Below, one piece after another: positions 1 to 12,296 of a DNA stretch of 64,000 nt. This DNA is from Dicyema japonicum (taxonomy: Eukaryota > Animalia > Dicyemida). A model generated the notes under the pieces. It searched no databases, had not been told where the DNA came from, and was given only the letters and a program-made list of their open reading frames with translations. Each line of letters starts with the position of its first letter. The stretch's first letter is position 1. The position numbers and the translations under genes are program-made. The stretch spans positions 1,709,038 to 1,773,037 of the forward strand of contig RDEW01000006.1 in the NCBI GenBank assembly GCA_011109175.1, written 5' to 3'.

Positions 1-2515
1 GTCTCTCTCGATTGAGATGAAGAACAACATCCGCGCATTTATGGATGGAACTCACTTTACGGACCTCACGTCCTTCTGCATCCGTTCAACTGAGACTCGG
101 AGTTCAACTCGGGAAACGGAGATTCTTCGCCTAAGAAAGACCGTACGATCGAAGTTGCTTGAAGGAGGAACCCGATCCGCATTGAAGGCCCTCTCACTCT
201 CAGATGGACCACGCAATCCAACCATTGATACTTACAAGACGCTATTGGGGAAACATCCACCCTCTCCGAATGACCTACGCCATTGCTCGCCCCATCAGAA
301 GCGACCCCTTTGACCACGTCGCCTGAGGATGTCATCACGGCGTTATGGAACTTTGCACCAAGTAGCTGTGGAGGTCTCGATGGCTTAAGGCCCGGCCATC
401 TTAAAGACCTTATTTCACCGACTATTGGAGACCAAGCAAGTCGTCTTTCATACTCACTCACTTCTCTTATGAACAGGATATTATCTGGACATTTGCCTGA
501 TTTGATACGTCATATCTTGTTTTCGGCTAGTCTGATTGCCGTCGACAAGAAGGGAGGTGGAATCCGCCCGATCGCGGTCGGATTCACTTTCAGAAGACTA
601 GCAGCCAAGATTGCTTCCAGATTTTCTACGTCAATCTTGTCAAAATCCTTACTTCCCAGTCAAGTTGGAGTCGGAGTTCGTCTTGGATGTGAGGCAGCCG
701 TTCACTCCGTCAGAAGATTCAGGAACAGCAGCATTCAAGACTTTAAAAGGCACATTATGGTAAAACTGGACATCAAGAACGCTTTTAACAGCTTAAGAAG
801 AGACTGCATTCTGGAGGCCTGCAAGGAAAGATGTCCGTACATATTTGAACTGGTCAATTATTCATACGGAAAACCTTCATCACTATTGCACGGGGATTTC
901 ATAGTTCCATCGTCCTCAGGTGTTCAACAGGGCGACCCCTCGGACCACTGCTGTTCTCCCTCGGCATTGAGAGGATCACGAAGCTCTCTAGATGCCCACT
1001 CAACATCTGGTACCTCGATGACGCTGTCTTAGGAGGTCCCCCGGAAACGGTCTTCCAGGACTTAGAAGTACTCACCCCGCGCTGTCCGAGGTGGGTCTTC
1101 AGTTGAATATAACGAAATGTGAAATAACAAACTGTGGTCTTGCTGACGATGACTTCTCTTCAATTGTTCAAAAATTTTACTCCTTGTTTCCCGGTGGGAT
1201 TTCGACCCCTGAAAATGAATTGATTTTTCTTGGATCCCCGATCACTAGTAATGCGATGAAGCATGTCCTCCTTGACAAAAAACGACTCCTATGCGATTCG
1301 CTGGAAAGATTACAGCTGCTGGACTTGCACACAGCACTATTCCTATTGAAAAGAAGTCTCAACATCCAGAGAATCTCCTATCTACTAAGGACAGCTCCAT
1401 ATTATTCTCAACTGGAGCTGCTCGAGAATTTTGATTTGTCTCTCCTCAGCTCGACGGAGCAAATATTTAATGTCCGATTCGACGATGATACATGGATGCA
1501 GGCTACACTCCCAGTTAGATTCGGGGGTCTTGGAATCCGTCGAACTTTGGACGTCTCACTTCCCGCTCATTTATCATCACTCACGGCCTGCGAACCTTTG
1601 GTCAGGAGGATTCTACACTCCCCACCCGAATTCTCAACTGACCAAGAGATAATCCACGCACGAGAAGCCTGGAATGCCACCAACCTCCCCCTGCCTCCTT
1701 CCCAAGATCGCCAGCGAAACCTGGACAACTTATTATGCTGGAAATCATTTGGACTCCTACTGAATCTGCCAATCAGCACCGACGCGCTTGTTTGCTTTCG
1801 GGGGCTTCCCCTGAGAGCGGAGCTTGGCTAAACGCCATCCCCAATGGAGCTTTGGGCACTTTTCTGGATGATGAATGCGTTAGAACTGGTATCTCTCTGC
1901 GGCTGGGACTAAAAGTATGTGTACCTCACCCGTGCCGATGTGGCATCCTGATAGACTGCTATGGCCTGCACCCTCTCGCCTGCAGGAGGAGCGCTGGCAG
2001 ATCCCCAAGGCACAAGGCTCTGAATGAAATTGTCAGGCGAGCTATGGATGCTGCTGGATACTCGGCCATTCTTGAACCGGTCGGGTTATGCAGAAGTGAC
2101 GGGAAACGACCGGACGGGATGACCATATTTCCATTTGAGGCCGGGAAACCACTGGTTTGGGATGTGACATGTACAGACACGTTCGCCCAGAAAAATCTTC
2201 ACGAGAGTGCTACAAGGGCCTGTTCAGCATCCGTAAAGGCGGAGAAGGCCAAACTCGTTAAATACGCCGACCTTCCCGATGATGTCAAATTTGTTCCCCT
2301 TGCTATGGAGACTTCCGGATCCTACTCCCCCTCTACACTCGAGTTTTTCGGACGTCTTGGAAACCGGATCACCTCATGCACTGGAGATCTCCGCGAACGC
2401 CGCTGGCTATTTGAGCGAATTTCGCTCGCAATTTTGAGAGGGAACAGCCACGCGGTGAGAGCGGCAACTACCTGACTTCTATTGTTTAAATTAACCTTAA
2501 AAATATAAAAAAAAT

Positions 2516-2542
<27 letters not shown>
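1..2542 (+). mobile_element. CRE-clade non-LTR retrotransposon (family 1): RT + CCHC + restriction-like endonuclease, poly(A) tail; 5' end lies outside the window
   Basis: ORF pieces give GGIRPIAVG, KLDIKNAFNS, GVQQGDP, WYLDD (RT), CRCG...HPLAC (zinc finger), KRPDG...WDVTCTD, PLAMETSG (REL); A-tail at about 2500-2542. Frames are broken by single-base indels. Confidence 0.92.
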
Positions 2543-2547
<5 letters not shown>

Positions 2548-2559
2548 CGGTACTTGTAA

Positions 2560-2830
2560 TAAGATGACAGAATGGATGGGAATAGTAAAGTTTAAAAGTA
2601 TGTTATCGAAAAATCAATTTTCTTGGAGGTTGACTCATTGTGTCCCAGCAAACTATGAATATTTAAAAATATTGTTTTTTGTTAAAATAATACTAGTTAG
2701 CTTCAACCTATGGATACTTGCATGATTAAAACTTTCAAGAAACATTTACCAAATACAAGCTACTTTATTTGACAGACTTATTGGAAAAATAAAGTACTTC
2801 ATAACAGACAAATCTACATCGTCAATAATA
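2560..2830 (+). mobile_element. pogo/Tigger DDE transposase remnant
   Basis: Degenerate translation NTS*LQPMDTCMIKTFKKH matches the pogo DDE_1 motif NTTSxLQPxDxGIIxxFK. Confidence 0.6.
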
Positions 2831-3056
2831 TTCATAAGAGAATGCAATCCCATAGATGGTTGTCTTTTCTTCAACGTACTCTCCGTCGTATTGTATATGT
2901 AGGAAATCCCATGGGCTCCGATTATTTTAAAGTAGAAGAAACGATCATGCATAAATATCTTGAACGTATGAGTGAGGATAATCAATTTTTGTTAATTCTT
3001 TACTCTGCAATGATCAGGCATTTATATTTTCTAAACTAATAAGAATCAAGTGTAAT

Positions 3057-3290
3057 GTCGGGCATAAAGGCCTGATACTTTGGTTTGATGAGTAACGCCG
3101 CCATTTGTGAAAATTTCACTGCAAAGGTGGATCGTCTATAAAGGACTCACACAAACAAAAAAGAAGTGAAGATCACTCATGAGTTTTCACTCTACAATTA
3201 GATAACATGACTTTTCTTTACTTAAATAAAGTGTGTCCTGTCGGGGTTGAGATATAGGTAATATGGCTCTCGTAATGTGCAGTATGATTT
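3057..3290 (+). mobile_element. tRNA-headed SINE family, 5'-truncated copy
   Basis: Shares the core GAGT(A/G)ACGCC...TTCACTGC...GGATCGTCTA.AAAGGACTC and the tail AATAAAGTGTGTCCTG...ATGGCTCTCGT with copies at 25.4, 29.5, 30.6 and 56.1 kb. Confidence 0.7.
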
Positions 3291-3825
3291 TAATGAGAAC
3301 AAAATATAAGAGATACTAAATCCAAAGTGTATTATCAGAACGGCATATAATCTTCCAAATTGTAAATTAGGAGTATCTGTCTGTTGGTGGCAGAATGGAT
3401 GAGATAGTTGAGTTATAAAGTATGTTATCGAAAAATCAGACAATTGATGATTACGATAATCACAGAAAGTTTCCTTAACTACCCATCATTTTCAGAAAAG
3501 TGCAAAGATTACTTTCAATTGACAAAAAGTCCATTAGTTCATTCTATTCTATATTTCTCCGAATTACCAGAAAAATTATTTTTCCAAGAATGATACTTTG
3601 TATTTACAAGTATTGTTGTGATGATTTAGATATTAGAATAACATGATGTCAATTCAAAAACTAAAAGACATTGATGAATAGTTAAATCAGAAAATAATGA
3701 TTTTCTGAGATGACGTATGATATTTTTGTTGACGTTTAGTAAATTCAGTTATTTTACCATTTTAACAAAACTTGTTTAGTGAAGCCACATAAACTAAGAT
3801 GAAAATTATTCAAAATTTTAGTTAA

Positions 3826-4600
3826 TTAATCTTTATTAAGATTTCGTCTTTCATATTTTCCTTTATAATTACGATATAAAGATCTTTTTCTAGCGTCTTT
3901 AAACCAATCATCAATTTGGAGACGAGTCAATTTAGTCTCCTCCATTAGCTGTAACTTTATCTCTGTAGACGGAAACGGATGCTAAACTGAGCCGCTAAAT
4001 CTTACCTCAGCATTTTCAAGAAGCCATTTCATTAGTATATTGGTAACTTTTAATGAATATGGTCTTCTTTCTAAAAAATATTATAATTTTGACAAAACTT
4101 GGTATTGTCGGAGGTAGTTCAATTTCCTAATTTAATTTATCAAGTAACCTTGTTAAGGTCAGAGTTATCCGAATCTTTGGGCAATAATGAATTTATCTAG
4201 GAATACTCAACTTAATTACTTTTGGCTTAATTTCCTCGATAATATGACTAAGACTGGACTGTTTGAATCTTTCAATAAAATAATTAAGCATCTTGAACTC
4301 AATTAGTTGGCACCACAGAGAGCTAATAGCTGAATTCATCTAAAATTTTAAACATGAGTTACAAGGTCGTCAATTTCAGGTTTACTCTCTTTGACATTCT
4401 CTAAGCTATCGAAGAATAAATTTAATAAATCCGAAAAATCGTCGACATTAAAATTTCCTAAAGTTATCGTATTTATTTTTCGTGCATTTTGCTGAGAACG
4501 TCGAATAAAAAGTGACTAATAAACATTAGACCATGCAAAACTCTTTAATCAGTTTTTTGATTTCTTTATTTTCATTTGTATCACGGTTCTGATCTTCCAT
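3826..4600 (-). CDS. MEIS/PKNOX: Miniature Meis/PKNOX-type TALE homeobox protein, copy 1 (6 micro-introns; one 1-nt deletion in exon 2)
   Basis: Spliced translation gives HFLFDVL, PEIDDL|MNSAISSL (MEINOX/HM domain, like HPLFPLL and PELDNL|MIQAIQVL) and the homeodomain WLLENAE|HPFP...WFKDARKR with TALE spacing. Confidence 0.85.
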
Positions 4601-5839
4601 TATAATATTTATAGACAAATAACTCAAAATAGATATTTCAAATTATGCCCCTTTTTATATGAAGCGCGATTATTTTATACACACGATTATCTCAGAAAGT
4701 CAATGTACACACGCTTTATTAGAATTTTTGAATTTTTCCGATTTCACCAAAAAGATTAGTCTCACACGACCTTCCAGGACGAAATCCCCATTGGTGTGGA
4801 GCAAAAAATTAGTTCCTTTAATATGCCAAGACATACTATTTAAGATAATCCTCTCGATATCTACGAAATAGAGCAGACTATTGGTCTATAGCTCAGAGGT
4901 TCCCTCTCAATATCCTTTGGGACCATCTTTACTATAGATCCCTTTCATAATGGTGGAATAAATTTAAGTTTCGCCTCTACAGTTTCTGTAGAACATCAAA
5001 CAATTCGTCCGGTCCCTCTTTGAACATCGTCCTGTCTCACACGCGTTCGCTCTGCATTCCCTGATTTCGAAATATGGCTAATTTGCGATGATTTACTTTA
5101 TTTTATTAAAAAATTAATTTTCATACGTTTCCAAGATAAAATTCTCACTTTCTATTTATATTTTAGTTACACGATTTTGTTTCTACGAGAACCATCCGAA
5201 GACTCGAATAAAAATACTACACCGGTCCCCTCCTCCAATATACTAATCAGAATCCTCTCTTCCGACTGACATCCTGGTAAACCTGGCTCGTTTAAAATGT
5301 AAGCACCACGTATATAAAGTGGATGATTTAAAATATGTTCTCTGTTCCTTTGCAATTCTCCCAAAAAAGAGATACTCATTTTCATTAAACAAAACTCTCC
5401 ATTCTTCCTCCGCGTAAAAGTTAGATAAAAATATCTCTGCTAGTGTTCAAAACAGCGAATATTTGTTTGGATTTTTATAGATTCATGGATTCTAAGTTTG
5501 GTCGTGTCATCCTGAATACAAGCAGATTCTCGCGAATTCAGCCTTCATAGCTTTCAACATCCATATTACCAGAATATCCTTTGCTACTATTTTAGCAGCT
5601 GGAATAATGGCTGTTGGGTATCACTTGGTGCAATAACTGTCCAATATTTCCTCTCTCTTAAAAATTGAAATAAAAAATTGAGGATAATAAATTTGGCACA
5701 GTTTTATCAAAAAACGTAAAAACGATGAGAAAAATAACATTAACTAAGAATACCGAGTCTTTATGGTTTTTTAGTATGAAATTTGTTCCATTTTATCAAA
5801 AAACATAGTATTTTCTAGAATCTCTATTAATAATTTTTG

Positions 5840-5950
5840 TCATCTAATTATTATTATCATCGACACTGCAGAGATAACATACAAAACAAAGTCGATTAAG
5901 ATTCCCCTGTGCCGCGCAAACTTTCTGTCAGTCGGAAATGTGGCGGGTAG
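5840..5950 (-). mobile_element. RTE-clade LINE, very short 3' end
   Basis: Matches the 3' UTR and (TAA)n tail of the RTE at 18075-18140. Confidence 0.55.
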
Positions 5951-6129
5951 AAAGCTCAATTAGAAAGTAAGGATATACAAATGCATTATCGAACCCATCC
6001 TAATTTATAATTGGGGGACATTGATAGTTTTACCGCGTCATGCTCCGGAAGGCACTCATGATACACTATGAGGTCACTAACGAAAATTATACAATTATGT
6101 GATACAATTATGTGATCTACGAAAATTAT

Positions 6130-6318
6130 ACAATTATGAGACTCTCACATTTGAGGATGCACTTGGGAGTACCAGCAAATCGTGTGATGGAAGAATATTT
6201 AATAAAACAAGGAAGATTATTCCTAGGAGGGTCCCAAGACAACTCTACCTTCCGTGACTTAAAAAAATCTGACCTTAATTGACTTTTTGTTTTTTGTGTT
6301 CTTGGAACTGATAATAAT
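6130..6318 (+). mobile_element. RTE-clade LINE 3' fragment
   Basis: HILRMHLGVPANRVMEEY parallels HILRMDLDVPLNHVIDEY at 18.3 kb; same 3' UTR (CCTTAATTGACTTTT...GATAATAAT). Confidence 0.7.
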
Positions 6319-7229
6319 GTTGAATGGTCTATTTTTAAAAGGGGTAACGGTTGCTGGCTTGACACGTGATTCAATTCGACAAAATTCTAATATGATAGCA
6401 CAAGAAGGGGGTCAACCGCAAGACCCAAAGGAGCAACCTTAAGAGACAATCATAGCCGATGTTCAGGGTTATTTTCTCCCAGATCTATGGAAGACTTTTA
6501 AGGATCCCAAAAAATGGACGTGCGTACAACGACAAGTTTGCTTTGTCAGGTTTCAGTTACTTACTTCATTCACCTCAAACAGGGTTCGACATCGTGTTTT
6601 ACGGACGGAGAGCGACTTGAGAGACCTGCCTCGAACTAACTGCTTAATTCTTCCAATCAGGCTTCCTATTTCTTACTTTGTGAATGAAAAGCCTTTCACG
6701 GAATTTTTTTTAGTCCCAATATCCTTAGTATCCGTTACTTTACGCGTTTCGCTGGAGAGTGTTTGAAAACGAGCAAGTACTATTGTATTCTATGAAATTT
6801 ACTATTTTGTAAATTAATTATTTTGAATTTCAAACACACAGGAATTGATTTACTAGTTCTTTCAATTTTAGACCGAAAAGAACTTTAACTAGAGTTCTGT
6901 GTTATCTGACAATTCATATCTTAAGAATTTAAAGTTTCAACGTCTCCAGACACCATCGCCTCGTTCATCCTCACGGTAAGGAAGACGTAAACTTTCATAT
7001 ATCATGAAGCTAAGTAGTCATTTTTAGATCTATGTCAATTTGAGAAAATCAAATTACCATTTAATATAACCTCCTTAGTGATTTTCTATCTGTTTGGCCG
7101 CGAGTAGTTTACTCTTAGAAGAATCACACCAAATTTTATCCTTGAGAGTGTTTAAACAATAATTTTACTGATTAATTGTTGGGGTGGTTGTCCCGCAGAG
7201 CAATCCTTGTGTAGTATGGCACATAGTGT
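6269..7229 (+). repeat. About 1-kb dispersed direct repeat (second copy 20865-21855) beginning at an RTE 3' UTR
   Basis: Colinear similarity from CTGACCTTAATTGAC to TATGGCACATAGTGT; copy 1 lacks about 30 bp present in copy 2. Confidence 0.9.
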
Positions 7230-7646
7230 CTTTATGTCCTATGTAAACTTTTTCCTTTTTTGGAATCAAAAGACTTTAGATACCGAACCTTCACATACAA
7301 GGAAGCATCGGATGCAACATAGCTTTTTAGAATCCATGGAGTTTTTTGTTTTATTAGATAAATTACCCTTTATGACGACGAAAAGTTTATTTGGTTTTTC
7401 GGCGTGGATTAGAGTTTGCATTTGAGTGTTGATGCTTTATTATGTACTGTATTGATACAAACATCGGAAACCGATTAATCGTAAGCATTAAAATATCAAC
7501 AAAAAATATAGAATCATATAGGCCAATTTTATCAACGAAGCCGATTTTTGAATTACATATTTTTTAATTATGATATGTGACCGCATATAATGGACAGCAT
7601 CAAAATGTCATTTAAATTAATTACGTCCATATAAAATGTATCTTAA

Positions 7647-8228
7647 TTTTTTAATTTAAACAATAGAAGTCAGGTAGTTTGCCGCTCTCACCGCGTGGCT
7701 GTTCCCTCTCAAAATTGCGAGCGAAATTCGCTCAAATAGCCAGCGGCGTTCGCGGAGATCTCCAGTGCATGAGGTGATCCGGTTTCCAAGACGTCCGAAA
7801 AACTCGAGTGTAGAGGGGGAGTAGGATCCGGAAGTCTCCATAGCAAGGGGAACCAAATTTGACATCATCGGGAAGGTCGGCGTATTTAACGAGTTTGGCC
7901 TTCTCCGCCTTACGGATGCTGAACAGGCCCTTGTAGCACTCTCGTGAAGATTTTTCTGGGCGAACGTGTCTGTACATGTCACATCCCAAACCAGTGGTTT
8001 CCCGGCCTCAAATGGAAATATGGTCATCCCGTCCGGTCGTTTCCCGAGTTTTTCGGACGTCTTGGAAACCGGATCACCTCAATGCACTGGAGATCTCCGC
8101 GAACGCCGCTGGCTATTTGAGCGAATTTCGCTCGCATTTTGAGAGGGAACAGCCACGCGGTGAGAGCGGCAACTACCTGACTTCTATTGTTTAAATTAAC
8201 CTTAAAAATATAAAAAAAAAAAAAAAAA
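7647..8228. mobile_element. Two 5'-truncated CRE family-1 3' ends fused head-to-head (minus copy 7647-8046, plus copy 8045-8228)
   Basis: Both are identical to 2100-2500 except for homopolymer indels; 2-bp CG microhomology at 8045-8046; tails point outward. Confidence 0.9.
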
Positions 8229-8310
8229 GTTTCTATATTTTTAATCCCATTTAAACCTATTTTTAACCCCAACCTAACCTCATTTTTGAAATTATTGATT
8301 AATTATCATA

Positions 8311-8536
8311 ACCCACTTTATTTAACAAACAATAAAAAAGTTAATATTTAATAATCAACAACCTTCCTCGCCTGCCTGTTCGCCAGCCTCCTCAGGCAGG
8401 TTCGATTCTGGTTGCTGAAACAACTCCGAAAGCGCCTTATCTAATTGAACTCTCTGCCCATATGGCATCTCAGGGCTCTGCCTCCTATACTCCAGTGTCA
8501 GGCTCTCTAGGGTTCGCTTTAACTCAGTAGACTGTA
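8311..8536 (-). mobile_element. R4-like REL LINE, short 5'-truncated copy with 13-bp TSD
   Basis: Matches 11840-12070; ATTAATTATCATA at 8298-8310 and 8538-8550. Confidence 0.9.
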
Positions 8537-8599
8537 AATTAATTATCATATTGTTTATTATATTTAGAAGTTCACCATTTAAAATAATCATTTTTAATT

Positions 8600-8758
8600 T
8601 TTTTTTTAAATACAAAAAATTTTTTAACAATTAAACAAATGTCAGTTGAGGAAGCCGGCTGCGTGAATTGCGAACGAGTTCCCTCGGAGTATGGCTATTT
8701 CAATCTTTTGTCTTAGCCATAACCCTCTCGTTGATCCTTTTTCTTTCTGGCAAGCAAC
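8600..8758 (-). mobile_element. CRE-clade 3' fragment (family-2-like 3' UTR) with 11-bp TSD
   Basis: Minus strand encodes WLRQKIEIAILRGNSFAIHAAG*; CATTTTTAATT at 8589-8599 and 8759-8769. Confidence 0.85.
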
Positions 8759-8838
8759 CATTTTTAATTGTAAAAAAACTAATAAATTTTAATTGTAAAC
8801 TTTTAAAATTTGAGATATAAACATCCTAACGCAATTTT

Positions 8839-9047
8839 GAAATACAACCCTAACCAAACCCTAATTGTCGAAAGCCAATTTGATACTGTTTCCTATGCGG
8901 CTTTCGGCCTCGGTGTATTTGACTAGGATTCTTGATTGTTCAAAAATATGTAAATTTTTACACAAATTCGAAATACAACCCTAACCAAACACTAATTGTC
9001 GAAAGCCAATTTGATACTGTTTCCTATTCGGCCGCGGTGTAATTGAC
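8839..9047. repeat. Two tandem ~130-bp units containing AACCCTAACCAAAC (Helentron/HINE-like core repeat?)
   Basis: GAAATACAACCCTAACCAAAC...GAAAGCCAATTTGATACTGTTTCCTA repeated at 8839 and 8970. The repeat is directly visible; the family assignment is inference. Confidence 0.6.
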
Positions 9048-9189
9048 TCAGATTTTTGGATATATAAGATCGTTAATATTTTTTATTACAATTTCTAGTC
9101 TTAAGAGCAACTCCAAATAACATTTTATTTAAACTTAATTATCAAACCCCGTGTACGAAATAATAAAAAAATAAAAAGTGTCTACTATT

Positions 9190-9840
9190 TATTTTAAAAT
9201 TTTAACAAGTCTCGAGATATTTACATTTTTGATTACATTTTTTTCCATATCTTCATAATTATGTACTTTTTTGATGAATCACTGTTTGACACATTTCCAT
9301 CATGTCTAATAATCACTTGATCTCCCACGTTTATATTGTCCTCATCATATCGCCATTTTCTTTTTTCTTCATTTCCTCGCCTGCATTTTAAAGATTTTCC
9401 AGAATCTTCACATTCTGTGGTTCATCTTCCGAACTTTCATTGTTTTCGTAATTTATTTCTTCTTCTGGGTCGGTTCCGTCGAATGTCATTAATGCGTGTA
9501 TTTCATTTTCGTTTGGTTTTTTAAACACATTTGTCTAAAACAAAGCGGATGTCTTCTCTCATTATGTTGTAGAAACTATTCCTCCACATACTACTAAGTC
9601 TATATAGGGCAAAATGGTTTTTATTATGTTCAGACTTCATAAAGCAGATACAATACCTCAATTATCGTTAATTTCAGTTCCTTATCTTCAACTGCAAATA
9701 ACCGTTATTTTAGGTCATCCTTCAGTAAAAATGCTTTACCGTCTTCAAAAAAAATTTTTCGGTAGTTCTTTTCATCGAAATCGCTGTTTCCTGTTTAATG
9801 AAATTCAATTCCAACAAACTCGTCAGACACGTGTTATTAA
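9190..9840 (-). mobile_element. Internally deleted Ginger-like integrase element (H2C2 region joined to C-terminus; DDE core missing)
   Basis: FEDGKAFLL..LFAVEDKEL..IE|SEHNKNHF and KKRKWRY..VGDQVIIRHDG..VNISR align with the 32.9-34.1 kb element; 22-nt intron at 9635-9656. Confidence 0.75.
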
Positions 9841-9929
9841 AAAATAATTAAAAATATAAGATTATAATAAATTTTATATAAAAATATATTCTACAATGGG
9901 ATAATATTTGTTTTTATAATTTATTTTGC

Positions 9930-12069
9930 CGACCGATAACCTGCATGCCAACCCTGTATAAGCTGATGACCAAATTAGTGGCTAATGAGGTCAGGAGCTT
10001 TGTAGACGCAAATGGGATTCTCTCCGAGAATCAGTTGGGAACTGTTCGAAATTGTCAGGGGGCAAAAGAGCAGGCTTTGATCAACAAATGCCTTTCTGTG
10101 TCTCACGGAAACTCACTTTTGTCTATGTGGGTGGATGTGAAGAAGGCTTACGATTCAGTTGATCATTCTTACCTTGTCGAGTGCCTACACAGTCTGTGTA
10201 TGCCTGTGTGGTTCATCAGCTTTGTAGTGGCTGTGATGAATAGGTGGAGTATTCATCTGAACTATAATAGGCACCGGATAGGCGAGGTAAAACTCAAGAG
10301 GGGGATCCTTCAGGGGGATAGCATGTCTCCGCTACTCTTTGTTCTCTGTTTGGAGCCATTGAGTCGCCGCCTCAATGACCGGTTTGAGCAAATACCAGTT
10401 CATTGTGAAGGGGTCTGTTTCAGTACAAATCACCTTCTTTTTATCGATGACTTGAAGATGTATGCTCGAACAGCCGAGGAGCTCTACTCCATGGGGGTCT
10501 GTGCCAGGGAATTCTTTGAGAGTATAGGGCTAGATTTGAATTATTCAAAGTCTGCGACTAACACGCAAGTATGTAGCGAGTTAGTAAGAGTCCTAGAGGA
10601 ACACGAAGGATATAAGTATCTGGGTGTTACCGAATCTCCAAAGTCCCTTATAATGCCTGAGACAAAGCGACAAATTACTGAAGGCATCCGTAAAAGAGCA
10701 GCGTTATTGTGTAAGACGTTCTAAATGCAAGGAATTTGTTCCTAGCATTAAAATGAGTATGCTGTCTCGCTGCTAAACTACTACATAGGTGTTGTGGAGT
10801 TTGAGCCCAAAGAGTATGATGAGATGGATGTTATGATCCGTGGAGTACTCAGAGAGAACCATGTCCATGTGTTGGCAGCCAATAAGGAGAGACTATATTT
10901 ACCCCGTGATAAATTCGGCCGTGGACTGTGTGGAGTAGTCCAACTAAGTGAGCGTATCCTAATGCGAATGCACGACACCCTGATAGCTGGGTCAAGTGTG
11001 TCTGCTAGGAAGCACGCCATAATAACGACCGAGAAAACACGGGCAACCCACCTAGGCACTATCAGACCTTTTTTGTCTGCTAAGTATGGTGTTGATGATG
11101 GTGGGCTAGTAAATGTGAAGGCGTTGATCGAATTACAATATAATAATTTGATGGAAAAGATCAACTTAAAAAGCCTTCATAAGGTCCTCTTCAGAGCATT
11201 GGACAACCCACATGTCGACCTTAAGTCGTCGACAATATGGCTAAAATACGGTGACAACTCACCTCGATCGGAGGCGTTGTACACGTATATGCAAGACCGC
11301 AATATTTTTTGGGGTCGATCAACAAATACATGTCCCCACTGTAAGTCAAGGAGCATGTCGGTTGATCATTTAGCCACTCGATGTGGATCCATGCTCTGCC
11401 ACGACTATGTGTGGAGGCACAACGAGGTAGTAAGGAGTCTTCATCTTCTACTATGCAATAAGTATGGTATTCGCCACACCAGAAAGTTGCGGACTCATAA
11501 GGTGCAATCTGTAGTAGAGAACACCAGGGTCCAAATTAAGGTAGACAGTGTTATCCGTACCTCGGTGCTAGTCAAGCACAATAAACCGGACATTGTGGTA
11601 CACGATAAGGAGTCTGGCCAAGTCCTTATCATAGAGGTTGGCATCACGTCTCAAGACCGTTTGCAGACTGTGGAGGTGGAGAAAAAAAGGAAGTATGACT
11701 TTCTTGCAAACGAGATGGGGCAGATGCTTGGTTGCAAGGTCCTCGTTATTCCTATAGTAATGACGTGGGAAGGAATTGCAACAAAGTACCACAAGGGTTA
11801 TCTGAAGCAGTTGGGGGTAGATAGGAAGCTCCAGGCCTATCTACAGTCCACTGTGTTAAAGCGGACCCTAGAGAGCCTGACACTGGAGTATAGGAGGCAG
11901 AGCCCTGAGATGCCATATGGGCAGAGGGTTCAATTAGACAAAGCGCTCTCGGAGTTGTTTCAGCAACCAGAATCGAACCTGCCTGAGGAGGCTGGCGAAC
12001 AGGCAGGCGAGGAAGGTTGTTGATTAATAAATATATTAACTTTTTTATTGTTTATTAAATAAAGTGGGG
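9930..12069 (+). mobile_element. R4/NeSL-like REL non-LTR retrotransposon, 5'-truncated, 16-bp TSD
   Basis: VDVKKAYDSV, GILQGDSMSP, FIDDLK (RT); CPHC...HLATRC; KPDIVV...IIEVGIT (REL); TTATAATTTATTTTGC at 9914-9929 and 12070-12085. Confidence 0.93.
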
Positions 12070-12159
12070 TTATAATTTATTTTGCAATTTTATGCAACCT
12101 GTCCACTTGTGCCTGTCACATGATATATTAATTAATTTTTTAAAATAATTAAAATAATA

Positions 12160-12296
12160 TGCCACAGTCTGATAAATCGTCACTTACAAAATACAACTAA
12201 ATTGTCTAAATTTAAAAATCCATACATTAATAAATAATAATACACATATCCAGCAGCTAATACGTAGTTTAAAAAATCGAGTTTCAGACTGTGACA
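12160..12296. mobile_element. Candidate MITE with TGTCACAGTC-type TIRs
   Basis: TGCCACAGTCTGATAAATCG ... CGAGTTTCAGACTGTGACA; termini resemble the TIRs of the 32734-34167 element; no TSD seen. Confidence 0.55.

Larger units (their letters stand above)
2993..5063 (-). repeat. About 2.07-kb segmental duplication, inverted copy at 27739-29797 (RT remnant + homeobox gene + SINE)
   Basis: Reverse-complement identity traced end to end; paired ORFs 4659/27969 and 3222/29373 in the ORF track. Confidence 0.93.

Noticed and set aside
1000-2480. Programmed frameshifting in CRE, R4-like and OAT frames
   Set aside because: Shifts are unshared 1-nt homopolymer indels without slippery-site context; better explained by sequence error or decay.
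8640-8750. GC-richer hairpin ending in a T-run, resembling a Pol III ncRNA (Y/U3/5.8S-like words)
   Set aside because: The reverse strand is the C-terminal coding end of a CRE element bounded by an 11-bp TSD.
8849-8865. Telomeric repeats (AACCCTAACC)
   Set aside because: Only one or two imperfect units, inside a longer tandem repeat.
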